Assembly (NCBI GenBank): GCA_964016885.1
Contig: OZ024740.1
Span: 398,660,001-398,724,000 of the forward strand
Length of the DNA: 64,000 nt
DNA from: Eledone cirrhosa
Lineage: Eukaryota
Direction of reading: 5' to 3'
The position numbers were made by a program, and so were the translations under genes. How positions within the stretch are numbered: the stretch's first letter is position 1; every line of letters begins with the position of its first letter. Under the pieces are notes generated by a model. It made no database searches. It saw nothing but the letters and a program-made list of their open reading frames with translations, and had not been told where the DNA came from. Shown piece after piece: positions 12,403 through 27,215 of the stretch.

Positions 12403-15400
12403 CTTGTTCAAGTCAACTGAATGACTAGGTGTAACACACACAACTAGTGTTCCAGGTATATCATGCTTCTTAATTGTGATTTTTATAATAAAGGCTGAGT
12501 AGGGCACACAGAAGAGATGTTTATAACTCAAGAGATATGATGATATATTTTTTATTATAGGTTTATTCCATTAGAGCTGACCTGGCTCTAAACAACAACA
12601 CTTATTGAATATTGTATTAGTAAAGTTAACTACCTTCCTTGAGAACAATGCAGAACATGTTTCTAAATATGAGCATGAAGCTTGGCCGGACTAATAATTA
12701 TAATTGGCAACATATCCTCACACTTACAACTAGAAACATAAATAGAATTTTATGAACAATCTTCAGCATTAAGTGCCTTAAGTGTTGCATAAGACACTAA
12801 ATCTTACAAACCTTTAGATACAGCTACTAATTCACTTGAGATTACATATTTTGACTTGTTTTCTGAATAAAGTGTATCTTGAAATGTCCGATCTGCATGA
12901 GAACACACTTTCCAGTATTAAGCTTCTTATATAGCACGTTGCATTTAAACCAATTGTATATATGCTGCTCTAAGGTCTGTAACATTATGCCAGGAGGCGG
13001 CAAATGTTCCATTATGTTTAGAACTTATATACAATGTTTATTGATTTGTTTTGTACAACAAAAACTATATTGGTTTGCTTCTCTCTTCTTTTATCTCAGT
13101 TTGAGCTTAAATAACAGCAATTCATAGCTGTGCATTCTGTTTAATGTCTTCCTGCATGATTTCAAATTAGCCATTTACCTTGAACTCCATTTTAAGATTG
13201 TTTCAAATTTAAAAGCAGGTGAGGTTGTTTCAAAGAATTAGTTATTTTCTGTGTTCTCGTCTTTGTGCAGTAGCTTATTTATATTTTGGTTATTTTAGAG
13301 ACATTCTGTTTTGGGGTACTTATGCTCCTGGGCTTGTTTCAGTCAGCCTAGCTAAAACTAAGTTCCAATCCCCTGTTATCAAAGAGCTGCAGATGGCACA
13401 CAATCTCAACCACACAAGTGGTCAGTGCTTCATTTTTTTTTTTTTTTCTAAGCACTGGGTTGTATCTGGCCAAATCATTTAATTGGCAACAGCTAAGTTC
13501 ACTTAGCTTTAAGTAGATAAGTATTGTGATATAATTCACTATAGTTAACAATGACAACACTGTACAACAGAAAGATATTTTGTTGGCCAGCAATATTTTT
13601 ATCTTTTTTTTTTTTTAGGGAAAAATTACCTTTCATAGACCGGTCTCCTCTCCACAAGAACTGAGATAAGCACCAGCTCCATGAAATTTTACATTTAGCT
13701 AACTTCCATTTAGTTGAAAAATTATATTTATCAAAGTAGAATATCCACTAGCTTATATATTATGAGTTTGTTTATTTACAAGATTGCTCTTGTGGTACTG
13801 AGAATAATATCCAGTGTTTCAGTTCACATAACTGTAGGAAATAGATGCGAAATATTACCTGCAGCAAGTAGGTTTGCATCTTCCTTCTTTTTAAAAGATT
13901 AATTTCTCATCCACTGAATCTAAAGTTAACTATAGAATTTACAGGCTAGGCATTTATTTTTCTTGTTGCTTTTTCATATTTTCTATATATTGGTTGCTGT
14001 ATTTGTTGCTTCTCTACATTAAATTCTAAATTTGTTGTATGATTGGGAGAAATATTTTTCAAACTACTCTTTTAATTATATGCTTGCAATTTGATTGCAT
14101 AGTACTTTTGAAGATACAGTATTTATTTATTTGTGTGTCTATATTTCCTGGATCACCAAAAGTAATTCATACCATTGGAGAATTTGATAATTCCTAAAAC
14201 TATCCACAATCTTTGTGTGGGCCCAGATTAGAGAAAGAATGTAGTTACATATTTCTGTAACTGGCAAAAATCTGAGGCATTTTCTATCATCCTAACATTC
14301 TATAATTGCATTTCTTCCTCAATGCAATATTTCCCTCAAAATTTCAATTTATTGATTGTGGTGATTGTTGTTGTAATGATGTGATACTAATCAAACAAAA
14401 ATTTAGAAGCAACCCTTAGTTCAATATTGTTAAGCATTTAGTCTGATAGTCTTCCCTTTCTACTAGTTCATCTCTCTGTCAATGTCCTGGCTACTAGGAC
14501 AAAAGGTATATTGTGCTTCCTAATGCTTTTGTTCAGTGAAAAATAAAATTCAAATTTTTAAAAAAAGACTTCAAAGGGTATGGGGAAATGTATTAGAATA
14601 TGGAACCATTATTTTGTTTGAGATGAGTATAGGAGTATATAAAAAATGATAAATTCAGCCATGAGCCAAAACTCTCAAGGCTGGCTTACACGCATGCATG
14701 CTCTGAATACATAACCTTGATGAGAATATCATTTATCTCCTTCCCCCACACAATCTCATTCTATGTATATATATTTATGTGGTTTAGTCAGATGAGGAAA
14801 GTTCCATTCCCATGATATATATATTCATTGTTTAGCATTCAACAGACATAGCAAGTCACACTCATTGCACAGCACTAGTAAACAACCCTTCCATGACACT
14901 AACAACTTGCACCTGTTGCTCCACACTAGCAACCTATTCACTTAGTATCAGATTAACAATTTTCCTGCTGCATTAACAAAAATAACAACATACCTTCCTC
15001 GATTCTAATCATTTCAGCAGCCAGTATTTAAGTTAATTTTTGTTCGCACATGTAGCCACACACAAACACACACCAGGGACATATCCTGCTACCTAAGCCA
15101 GAGAAGACAATTTTAAAAATCAAAGCCATGTAATTGAAGTAGAGTATATATGATGCGTGTACCACTTTCCATACCTGCTTTTCATAAAAGTGAGAGGTTT
15201 ATATAAAAATCTAATTTGTTATTGACATATATTTATATATCTTAGACATTCGTTCAATTTCTATGTATTATATATTGTCAATTACGATTTTATTTTATGT
15301 ATATACCTGCATGTAATATCAATATGCACACTACACATGTTAGCAGAAAACCACCTGAAGCTAGTATATATAATTCCAAGTAATCAATGTTGGTTGATGA

Positions 15401-17299
15401 AGCAATCAACGAACAGTAGTATAATCAGACGTAAGCACTCTGATATTACCTATTTGGTATCAGACCGTTTCAATATTATAAAAAGGAAGACTGTATCACG
15501 TATACATCTTCAGTTTATTGTATTATCCTGTTATGCACATTTCAAAGACATCAAAGTCATTGTGTAACAATTATTTGATGTGTTGTTATCAGACAGGTAT
15601 TTAAGTGTAATGTTATTTTGTTTTTGAACTCAATGCTGGTTGTTCAGCTACAATCGAACATATGATGCACAAACGTTGGCAAGAGGCAGGCTAGGGGTGG
15701 AGGATATGGCTTGGTAGTGTTTGGTGGTGGAAGTAGGTCATGAGACTAAAAGAATCAAATTACTAATTCTGGTCATCTCTCCCTTCTTTGTCAGTTGATG
15801 CTCTTTTTCATCTTTATTTGTGAAATTCATCGAAAGGTATAAATTGTCCTGTCTCTGTTTTGTGACATCCCAATGTGCATAGGAATGAACAGTATCATCC
15901 AAAATATACCGAAATTGTAGTGATTTCCTGAGGTTGACTGAGGAGATGGGACTGTCCATTTTTCTTTTATTTTTTCCATTGTCTTTGTCCTGTTTTGAAT
16001 GCGTGTATATATATATATATATTTATATGTGTGTATGTGTGTGCATTATACAACTTAATACTATTAGGTAATCCAGTTTCAGAATAAAAAGCAAGTGTGA
16101 ATATTGATTTGTATAATATATATATAAATAAGACAAACAAAAAACTAAAAAGAAATTGAGAAAAAGAAAGTTAGATAAAACTTCATATAACACCTAACAT
16201 CAAAAAGTAAATTTTGCTGTTCTTGCTGCTGCAGTGTAAAAAAGAAATTATTTATTAATGTTTATTTTAGTATTGTTTTGTTTTATTTCAGTTTCATAGT
16301 TAGTGTTTAAAAGATGTGATCAATTATGATTTTTTTTCGTTCTGTATTTTATTTGAGTTTTCCTTTTTTTTTTTTAGTAGTTTCATTTTTATATCACCTT
16401 TCCACATTTAGAACATATCTGAAAATAATTATTCAAAGATGTGGGACTAGATGGTGGAGAAAGTACAATGTGCTTGGTAGGCTATTGATATTGCATGTTG
16501 TAATGGATGAGTGAAAACAGCAAAGAAGCTTAAGAAGCAACTGAATATCAAGCTTATTGGCATGTGTATGCCAGAGATGACTGCACTTGTTTGAGTATGT
16601 GATTGCTAATGACACACTTATGATGGATCAAATGGTGATGTGTGTTCTTAGTAGAACATACATGTAGTAGTGGTGGTAATAATAGTGTGAGGGTGTGTGG
16701 GGGGGGGGGGGTCGTGGAGAGATCGTGGAGAGCAGTCATAGTTGAATTGAGCACTGGTCTTTATAGGATAGATGATTCCAAAGCAAAACACACAAAAGGT
16801 TAGGAAATAATATTGCTTATCTGTCCAACCCAAGATAAACAGCCATTAAAGATTTATCAACATCATCATATACCCATCTTCCCTGTTATTAAGGATTGCA
16901 TAGGTCTTCATTGACCAAATCAGTGCTCAAGCAGAGCTACTAACTTGTCAGATGGGCCAAGGGCCTACAATAAAATGATGTAAGATTCAAGCACACTGAC
17001 ATCTTCATTATTATATATATATATATATATATATAACAGACTTTTAACAATGTGTATTATCTAAGAGCCAGGGTCACTTAAACCAACCATAAGCTCGATT
17101 ATGCACAAGTACTGTAAATATAACTTGTTGGGTTGTTAAGTGTTACTGAAGATTTTATCTTCACATATATTGCATAAGTTCCCTTCAAATAGTAGGCTTA
17201 ACTCTACCCAGCACCACCTGCTACTTGAATGCTTTTAGTGGAATCTCTTAAGCTAGAGGGTTTGTCTAATGTTAATTTCCCCTTGTGATGTGAGAGTGC

Positions 17300-17580
17300 T
17301 GCTTCCATCTATTTTTAAAAAGATAAAAAGAAGGGAAGTGGATGTAAAAGCCAAGCATGCTACCTTCAGTTTGGTATTTGTGACAATCCTTATCTATGGT
17401 CATGAATTTGGGGTAATGACCAAAAGAATACAATTGCAAATACAAGTAGCTGAAATGGGGTTCCTCCGAAGGGTCTTTGGAGTAACGTTACTTGATAGAG
17501 AGCATTACTCGGAGATCAGGGAGTCACTTCAAGCAGAGCCTCTACTTCTGCAAATTGAGAGATCACAACTCCGACTACTG
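17300..17580 (+). mobile_element. RTE LINE fragment (same family as 24815-27215)
   Basis: ILIYGHEF..IQVAEMGFLRRV..IERSQLR; homologous to 26760-26970. Confidence 0.75.
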
Positions 17581-18922
17581 ACACATTTTATTTTGGCAAG
17601 GGCAAGAAATAACTTTGGACATGTTTCGATCTTATGACCTCATTAAAGAAATATGTTGTTCAATGTAATTATCAAAATAGCAACAGAAGAACCACTAAAT
17701 AAATGTACATTAGCTGATGTAGAAAAATAAAATTTAGAAAATATTCAAATGTCATGTGGTATATGATTAATGCAATGTCAGAATCTAAATGAAAATAAAG
17801 TGATTTTAAAGTCCAAGTTTTTGTATGTAGAATTTGTGTATCTATGGTTTCTGCTTTCCTCCATTAAACTTTCGTTACTCCTTGTAACCATTATCAGTAG
17901 TTAGCACAGGATTTACAGTCTCTGTTTGCTGAAATATGGGCTGGATAGATTTGCTTTTATCTCAACAATCTAATACAGTTCTTAACCAGCTAAATGTAAT
18001 TCTAGGTTTAATTTTATTTCATTTCTTGTGCATTTAACAATCTATAACATTTAACAGGCTATAGATTGTGGCCATGCTGGGGCATCACCTTGAAAAGATT
18101 GAGTCAATCATATTGACTCCTGTATGTATCTTTTCAAGTTTAGCATTTTCTCTATTTGCTAAACCGCTAAGTTATGAGATATGAACAGAGATAAGAACAC
18201 TCAACATAAAATAGGTAACAGTTTATTTTTCAATATTGTTGTATTCTGAACACCACTGTGCTCTAGTTTGATCATTTTTATTAAGGGTGTGTTGTACTTC
18301 CTCGTTAGTTCTTTATGCTTAGTTTGGAACTGTAGCATTCCTAAATCTATGTGTGTATTAAATGTTTCAAGAGTAAATAAAAGCTCATTGGCACACAAAT
18401 CTTTGATTACAAGTCAAGTGTTTGTCTGAATTACACTCACACAGAAGATAAAATATTGATTGATTAGTTGTATTCCCATTTCAGTTTAGTTTTCTAACCC
18501 AGATAAACATAGTTGATAGTCAAAATTTTGAGGCAGTTATTTAATTTTATGAAAGAACCTGACTACATTTTGTTCTCTCTTAAGTAAGGGTCAAATTTGT
18601 CAGTGTGTCTGTCTCTCTTGCCTTTTATAGTTTTCATTTTTTTTTTTTTTTTTTTTCCTTTTCAATTGTTCCAGCCATTGCCATCCAGTGATACATTTTC
18701 ATTTCCAACATGTATGCAAATCATTATAAATGCAGAAGAAGAAAAATCAACAAATCACCTTTTACTATTAATTATATTTATTTAAATACTGATCAAGTTA
18801 CCAGAACAAAGGAATTTGTTAATTTATTCTTGTTCTTCAAAATGAACTAGAGTATAGTATCTGATATGTTTGGCAACTACCAAACCCATGCAATATGTTT
18901 TCTCTGCCATGTTTATTATAAA

Positions 18923-19622
18923 GTGTAATAGTAATATACGTGAACGGCAAAGCATAAACGAACTAAGGGAGAAATTAGAAATAAGAGGGATCAGATGTTG
19001 TTTACTCGAGAGAAGACTACGCTGGTATGGTCACGTGATGCGCATGAAAGACGACAGCTGTATAAAAAAGTGCAGGGCAATAAAAATAGACGGTAGCCAT
19101 GGAGTAGGCAGACCCAGAAAAACCTGGGACGACTTGATAAATTCCGACCTCACATACTTGCACCTCTCCAAGACAATGTCACTGAACCGAGATCTTTGGC
19201 GCTACACAGTAATAGAGAAGACCCGCCTTACCTAAGTGCAAAGTGAAACCTACTACAGTCAGTAGGCACCTCTAACAAAATACACCCCCGTCCCACTACC
19301 CCCACCCCATCCACACCACCCCTTTCAATGTAAAGTTATGTTGGTACCACAACATCCAGCCCGAAACAAATGAAGTCGTGTAGGTGTCACGACAAAAAAA
19401 CACAGTCCACGCTGTAATGTGGCCGTGTAGGTAACACGGTAAAAACCTCCCAGTTCTACACTGTAAATGTGGTTGGTGTTAGGAAGGGCATCCAGCCGTA
19501 GAAAACCCGCCAGACAGTCCTATGCGAGCAAGACAACCACTCTTGCCTCAAGTGGGAAAATTCCCGTCCAAACCCATGCGAGCGTGGAATATGGACGTTA
19601 AACGATGATGATGATGATGATA
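18923..19622 (+). mobile_element. 5'-truncated RTE LINE 3' end (same subfamily as 41424-43756)
   Basis: Close match to 43053-43756, including ORF end EKTRLT*, 3' UTR and (GAT)n tail. Confidence 0.92.
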
Positions 19623-21214
19623 ATGGGACACACTAGAATAAAAACAAAATTTCTTTTACAGTTAGCATCTAAAATAAGCTTGCTGTTCAGTTTTCTGGGT
19701 TATAAGAAAAATGTTTTTTAAACAAAAATAAAATTATGTTGGCAACTTAGATATTTTGATTTAAAACTTCAAGTCAGTAAACACTGGAAAATTCTGAAAG
19801 TTATAGATTTCTTGCATCTGCTAGATGAAATTCATCGAAAACAAAAACGGAAAAGCTATGCTAAGAATGTTGTTACATATCTTGTGTGCCAAATGGTAGA
19901 TTTTGCCTGCTGACTTTTCTTCTATCAGTGTATTCCAACATCATAGGAATTTAGTATAGTATTTTGATAATCATTCTTGGGATTTGATAGCTGGTAACAT
20001 TTTCAGATATCATATTGCTATGCAGATACGTTCCAATTTTTGTTGCTAAGTATCAAGATTGTATTATGAAATTTCCATTATATTTGTGTCTTGACTTTAT
20101 ACAAGATTAAAAGGCTCTAATGATATTAGTAAACTTAAAATAGGCACATGGTTCTGCCATTCATTAAGTTAAAACAACTGGCTAGGTATTTGAACAATTG
20201 AAAATAACTGCTACATACAACCACTAGCTATCTGTATCTATATCTGTTCCAAACTTTCCTCAATTTGTATTACCATAGGAATATAAATGTGCTGTAAATA
20301 GTGTGTGTCTGTTTGTTACTGAAATACTTAAACAATCAATTAGTGTTTAGTTAATAAATAATACACTACACAATTTCTGTATAATTTGAAATATAATGTA
20401 GGGTATATTTTACATTATATATCAATTTATTGACTTAGTATGTCACCAGCCAGTCTGTATATATGTGTGTGTGTATTGATTAACATGTTACTATTAGCAC
20501 TGTCATAAAGCTATGGTTAAACCCAGACCAGTTCTCATTTCAATACATTATACTCGACTAATTTTAAAGCTGGCATGTGTGGGGAATTCCAAGCAAAAAC
20601 AGTTTGTTTGGCTTCTGGATGGCTTGGCATCTTTTATAGTGAGCAAAATTATTGGAGAACATCTGGCAAACAACTGGATCATAAACTGTGCTATATTAGA
20701 AATGTTTTATTTTTCTTTAATTTCCTTTAGTTCCTATAAAAGTGGATGAACTGTAATCAGTATGCAGCAGTTGTTTAATAATGGCTCTTAAAAATAGCTT
20801 TTAATGGTTTCTCCTGTCATTGCTACCATTCATAGTTTTGATTGCTCTTCTTCAAGACAGACAATGTTATCAGTTTTCCTCCAAGTACTATTTTTTTTAA
20901 TGCAGCCTTATTTAATGAGTTTATAAAAACTTGCCTGTTGTATTACAGATTCACATCAAGGAGCTAGGAATGTTGTTGTAGTTCCACCTATATAGGTTTA
21001 GTTGGTTTCCTATGAAGTTGCATTTCATGTTTCTTGGATGCTTTAATGATAAGGGTCCCAATTCTATCATAAAAAAACAATGAGAAATAAAGCATGTTCT
21101 TCAAGAACACATTGCCACAGCCCAAGTCCTGGAATCAAACCCATGACCTAAGGATTCTGAGTCCCACATCCTAACCACTGGGCCTTCACTCACCATCCAA
21201 TACTATGGGCATGT

Positions 21215-21440
21215 GGTTCTCAGGAGAGAATCGCTGGACAGATTTTACAGGCAAAACCAAACAGCAGGAGATTCAGGGCTAGACCTAAGCAAGATAGTTG
21301 GATAACATCCATGAGCTCAGCTGGTCTCGCTTGGGGATCCAGCCAAATCAGTTGGAAACAGTTGCTTCCCCACTGGATGGAGTGTTTGAGGACTCTGTCT
21401 CTATGACCCTCTCAGGAATAAGTGGGCAAAGATGATATAG
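21215..21440 (+). mobile_element. RTE LINE 3' fragment
   Basis: Homologous to 26985-27215 (ggcaaaaccaa..cagga..agac..agcaagat). Confidence 0.65.
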
Positions 21441-21736
21441 TTACTAATTACTGTGATGTTTGTCCATCAGATTTGTGTTGTGACATCTCATTGATAACCA
21501 GGTGTAAGCAGGTTAGAGGACTCCACATCAGTTGTATCTGTCCAGCATAAAGGTGGTGATCAAAGTTTTCATGTAAGACAGTTGTTACATAATCATATTT
21601 ATTATGTGTATTTCTGTGGCAACAGCATGGAGCTGTTATGCAATTGTTACAATGGCACCAGTGTGAAATCATCACTGAGATATGTAAAAATTAACAAAAA
21701 ATATTTGCTCATATATTATGCATAATTATATACTTA

Positions 21737-21910
21737 TGCAAGTATGGCTGTGTGGTTAAGGGGTCCACTTCGCAAGCATGTGTTTCTAGGTTCAGCCTCG
21801 CTGCATGACACCTTGGGCAAGTGTCTTCTAGTATATAGCCTTAGTTTAACCAATGCTTTGAGTGAAATTTGGTTGACAGAAACTGTACGAAAACTCATCG
21901 CGTGTGTATG
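21737..21910 (+). mobile_element. tRNA-headed SINE with (TG)n end
   Basis: TGGCTGTGTGGTTAAG A-box, GGTTCAG B-box, CCTTGGGCAAGTGTCTTC body; second copy about 27358-27522. Confidence 0.7.
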
Positions 21911-23216
21911 TGTTTACATTTGTTTGTTTGTTTTCTTTAACAAAAAAATCAACAAATTAACACCAGGTTTGAAAAAATAAGTACTGGAGTTATGATCAAC
22001 TAAGTCCCTGGCATGGCACAGTTTAATGACTGCAACTTTTAGAATAAAGGAATGCATATATAATTCTATAAGAATGAGTTGTACCTATGTACACATGTAA
22101 ACAAACATGTTATTTTTTACATACAAATACACACTCATTAACAAACGATTCATATTGGTTCATATTTAGAGATATGATATAGTATGAATAATATTTCATC
22201 CTTTTATTTGATTAATTAACTAGACTTATGATACAGGCTTGCTGTTGGTGTATTGTATGATTGTTGAAGAAATTTATCTAGAATACTAAAGTTTAAAGTT
22301 ATTACTGCTAATTCTGTTCATGTTAGTCAAAATATTAAATGCATAGTGTGTGTGTGTGTGCATGTGTTGTATTGACTTGCAAACAAAAAGTACTTTGTGT
22401 TTGATATCCATCAGTTTAATTAACTAGAAAACAGCTTAGCCATAATTGTTGATTAGGTTTGACAAAATTAATTAAACATGATCATGATTTTCTATATATT
22501 TGTCTTAATTCTTTCAATAACTGATTCTATTTCGATAATGTTTTTTAGCAAAAAGGATTTTGTTAGCATTAATAATGCTTAATTTGATAATTGTTTCCAT
22601 CTTGTTTTAATGCTTTAAGTAATATATTAAAGATTACTGGATTAAGGCAAAACATTAGCTTTGTGTTTGTATATATATATAGTTGATCATATAACTTGGA
22701 TTCTAGAGTTCTACCTATGTTTGTGAATATTTAGAGAAAATCAAGCACTACTCAAGTATTGTGGTCAGTTTAATTGTCCAATTTATGTGATAGTGTGTCA
22801 TTGTTAGAAACGAATATTTACTGAAGTAGAATTTTTATTTTAAAAATATATGAACAGGCTTTGAACCAATTGTATCATCTAAGAGCCAGGGTTTTCTACA
22901 CCATTCATGACCTCAAAAATGTACAACTATTGTGAATACTGTTAACTGTTGAGGTTTTGGATATCACTGAAGATTTTTATCATTACATATGGTATCTAGG
23001 ACACGTTCCCCAAAAGTGGAATGATCCTTCCAATGGGCTTCCATGCAGTTTCTGTTTAACAAGAAGTTTCACTCACATGGCTTTGAGTAATCCAAGTCTA
23101 TGATAGAAGACACTTGTTCCAAATCATGTAGTTATTATTTGGATAAATACAAATATACTCTAAGCCCTAAAAGACTGTTTAAGGACCTTGGCTTAACTCC
23201 ATTTCATAGCTTACAC

Positions 23217-23357
23217 CATTGGTTCCCAACCTGTGGTCTGTAGACCTCTGAGGCCTAAAGATTGTTCAGTTGACAGACCTTTCAAAAGCCAGGGATTCAT
23301 AGGAAAATTCATTTAAATGAATGGGCTCTTTGGCAGTAAACATGTGGGTAACCACTG
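23217..23357. mobile_element. hAT-type MITE
   Basis: TIRs CATTGGTTCCCA / TGGGTAACCACTG; imperfect 8-bp TSD GCTTACAC / GCTTAGAT. Confidence 0.65.
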
Positions 23358-23875
23358 GCTTAGATAGATGACGTAAATCTTTCTCTCGAAAAAAAGGACC
23401 TGGGCTATAGAATCAGATAATTATTGCTGGCAGGTGATCTAATTGGAGCTATAAGAAATTGAATAGTTTTTGAACACCAAAATTAATAAGTTTTTGTCTT
23501 TTTTTATGCCTTTCCTTACTCATAAAGGGCAAGGTCTGAAATATTATATTTTATACTCCTTTCATTAAGTGAACCTAGCAAAAATTATTGACTCATTATT
23601 GCCAGCACAAACCACCAGTTTCTTATATTGAACTGATGAATTGAATGTCCTACAAAGTCTGTGTAATGGAATTGAGCTTAAGATCGAAGAACTGTTAGTC
23701 CAATACCATATCTACTGTCATTTCAATTTTATCAAGAGCACTATTGATCCTAGAAATAATGGTTGAGTCAGCATAGAGAAATGTTTTTAAAAACTGCCAC
23801 TACTATGACACATGTTTGATGTATAAATTGTTTAATTGAACTGAAATTTAGTAATTTTCTTGTTCTCTTTTGTAG

Positions 23876-24053
23876 CTGCCCTGCAAGCATTGAAGAGGAA
23901 AAAGAGATATGAAAAACAACTGCACCAAATTGATGGTACTCTTTCCACTATAGAGTTACAAAGAGAAGCTTTAGAAAATGCTGCCACAAACACAGAAGTT
24001 CTTAAGGTTATGGGTGAGTCGGCCGTTGCGATCAAAGCTGCTCACAATAATAT
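23876..24053 (+). CDS. CHMP4: CHMP4/Snf7 (ESCRT-III) internal coding exon, 178 bp
   Basis: tgtag| acceptor, |gtaagt donor; encodes ALQALKRKKRYEKQLHQIDGTLSTIELQREALENAATNTEVLKVMGESAVAIKAAHNNM, the Snf7 core. Confidence 0.96.
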
Positions 24054-24814
24054 GTAAGTATTTTTTTGTAATTGCCTGTAATGTTATCTGTAGTGATTTG
24101 TTGTTTATCAGAAAAATTGAAAATGCAGCTATTTAAAAAGTAGGTAAACTAAGATAATAGATGCTCCTTGATCAATAACCTGTGGTCTCTCTGTCTCATG
24201 TGATGCAATAAGTGTTACAAGAATAGTAATTCTAACAAATTGTTTATTTTGGTTGTCATGGAACTGATTCTTCACTAATCTACAATTAATGAATTCACCA
24301 CCGAGAGATGCCTCCATCTGGTTGTTTGATCTGCTAGAAATACTATCCAAATCTCTCATAGATCACACCCCACTATTGTACTCTGCTCCCAACCAAAACA
24401 ATTAAACTTAATTCTGGAAGGTGATGTCTACACATGTGCAGATTTCGCCATCTTCACCACTTATTTTTCTCCCTTAGATAATAGCAACAAGGATTTCTAT
24501 GCATTCTGACTCAAAAAGTTTCTATCTTCCTACATTGAGGGTATATATTTCATCTCAGCTCTCTGAGATCATCTTTGGTGACTTCAACACTTACAACTCT
24601 TATATTCAAAAAGTCTTTTGCAATCTTCTACTTTCTATATCAGTTAATTTCATTCCTTGTGTGTGTCCTTGACTGACAGACATTCCAACATCCTTGATCT
24701 CTTTTGCTCCTCTAAAGCCAATCTCTACTAGACCATCACCATATATGCAATGCCACCCACCTCCTAACTATACATGGAAGCACACACACATTTGACTCCT
24801 TGCTCATCAAGCAG

Positions 24815-27215
24815 GTAACTAATGGGGGACTTCAATGCACATGTTGGCACTGACCACCCAACATGGAAAGGAGTGGTTGGAAGGAATGGCAATCCCAGTC
24901 TAAACACAAGTGGAGAAACCTTATTAAACTTCTGTTCTAGTAATGGGTTCTCTATTATAAACACCTTCCAGCACAAAGACATCCATAAAAACAAAATTGC
25001 CGTCTAAACCCATGCTAGCGTGGAAGATAGATGTTAAACGATGATGATGATGATAAAATACACATGGGACAGAGATCAATAATTGGTGCTGGATGTTCAT
25101 GTTAAGAGAGGGTCTGAGCTGTCAACTGATCACCATCTAGTTATCTGCAACCTGAGACTACCTAAAGCCAAGCGAGCCCACAAAATTTGCAGGTCCAGCT
25201 CAACCTACAGGATAAAGTGGGAAGTGCTGGCAGATAAAAAAAAAGTCAGGAGCAGGTTTACAAATACTATTGCATCCAAATTCAGAGAACTCCCTGAGCA
25301 AACTAAGGACATAGTAATGGAGTGGAGTCTGTACAGTTTGGCAGGTTCTGCTTCAGCTGTTAAATGCTGCAGGTGAAAGCGGCTTGGTGTGGCACAAGGT
25401 AGCAGGAGGACCCCTTCCTTCAATCAAGTGGTCAAAGATCTTATTCAAGCAAAAAAGGAGTCTTATGAAGCTTGGCTTGGAAATAAATCTTCCTTCTTGC
25501 AATTGTGGTACAACCAGGCACAAAGAATCATTGTAATGACAGTAAAGGCGTCCAAAGTTAAGACATGAAAGGACTTTGTAGTTAAGCTGGATCTGACTTC
25601 AGATCAGCAAATAAAGTGTTCTAGCAGACCATCCTCTGCTATCAGGAATGTGTCTGGGGTTCTTTCTTCAGAGAAGTACATCCTCACGAGGTGAAGAGAA
25701 TACTTTACTGATCTCCTTACCCAGTCACAACAGCATCTTCTGATGTACACAAGGTGCATCTGGTAGTGATGACTAACTTCTCAGAGGCTGTAGTCACTAG
25801 AACAATTAAAGAACTCAAATATGGCAAGGTTACTGAGGAGGATGAAATTCAGCCCAAGATGATAAAAGCCTTAAATAGAGAAGGGAATTCTCTGATCGAC
25901 TTGAGTGTGTTGGGTAGTCGGGGGTTTTGGGAAAGGCACCTAAGCAATGGCAATCGGGAGTGATAATCCCAATTTCCAAAAAGGGAGATGAGAGATTACT
26001 CCAATTATTGAGGAATCTCCTTGTTAAACCACCACGGTAAAATCTATGCTTAGTGTCTGGCAAAGAGATGTAGGGATATTGTCAAGTCCAAGCTAGCTGA
26101 CAATGTGGTTTACACCTTGGATGCAGCACAGCTGACCAAATATTCACACTGCAGCAAGTCTTTAAGAAATCATGGGAGTATTGCCAAAAGTTGTAATCTT
26201 GTTACATAAACCTCAAAATGGCATACGACTGCACTACACAGAATTTGCTGTGGAAGGTTCTACAGGAGTATGAACAGCTTCTTGTTGCCCTGATGTATCT
26301 ATATGAATGCCCTAGTATTTGTGTTTGGATAAATGGTGCTAAATCAAAACCATCCAGTGTGGGTCACAGACTCTGCCATGGGTGCGTACTGTCACCTCTC
26401 CTGTTTATAATCTTCATGAACTGGATTGACATACGCAACCAGGTTGGAAGTGGTATCACAACTGGTGGGTGTAAGATAAATCGGCTAGAATTTTCAGATG
26501 ACATGTTACTACTTAACTTGTCAGAAGGTTCAATATTCACTTGATAGGTTTGATGCCGAGTATTGCATGGCTGGAATGAAAATCAGTGCTGTAAAGACAC
26601 TCATGCTTTCAAGGAAGCCTGAGCAGTGCACTTTACTTGTGGGTGTAATTCCACTGAAACAGGTGAAGTTCACAAGTCATGGAAGACAGGGGGCTGAATT
26701 AAGGGTAAGAATAGCAGGAGCTGGTGCAGTGTGCTAGCTTCAGAATTTAGTCATTAGAAGAAGTTGGGGTGGATGTTAAAGCCAAATTCATTATCTTCAA
26801 TTCGGTATTCATGCCAACCCTTACTTATGGTCATGAATACAAGCTGCCAAAATGGGGTTCCTCCAAAGGATCTTTGGTGTAACGTTACTCGATAGTGTGT
26901 AACTCAAAAATCAGATAGTTGCTCCAGGTAGGGCCACTACTTCTCCGAATTGAGAGATCACAGCTTTGATATTACGACGTTTGAATGTCTCAGGAAAGAG
27001 CCACTGAACAGATTTTATGGGCAAAACCAACCAGCAGGAAACCCAGAGATAGACTGAGCAAGATGGTTTGATTAACATCCATGAACTTGGCTGGTCTCAC
27101 TTGAGAATCCAGTCAGATCAATTGGAGATGGTTACTTCTAGCAGAACCCCCTGGACGGCATGCTTGAGGATTCTACCCCCATAACCCTCCTGGGAGTAAA
27201 TGAGTGAAGAAGATA
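24815..27215 (+). mobile_element. Degraded near-full-length RTE LINE (endonuclease + RT)
   Basis: MGDFNAHVG and SELSTDHHLV (APE endonuclease); GCVLSPLLFIIFM and LEFSDD (RT); many stops. Confidence 0.85.

Noticed and set aside
13140-13925. Several minus-strand AG..GT bounded segments suggesting a nested antisense gene
   Set aside because: Best candidate (about 13859-13919) has stops in all frames; no recognisable protein
1-23875. First coding exon of CHMP4
   Set aside because: No segment encoding the expected N-terminal helix ending ..KNKR was found; presumed upstream of the window
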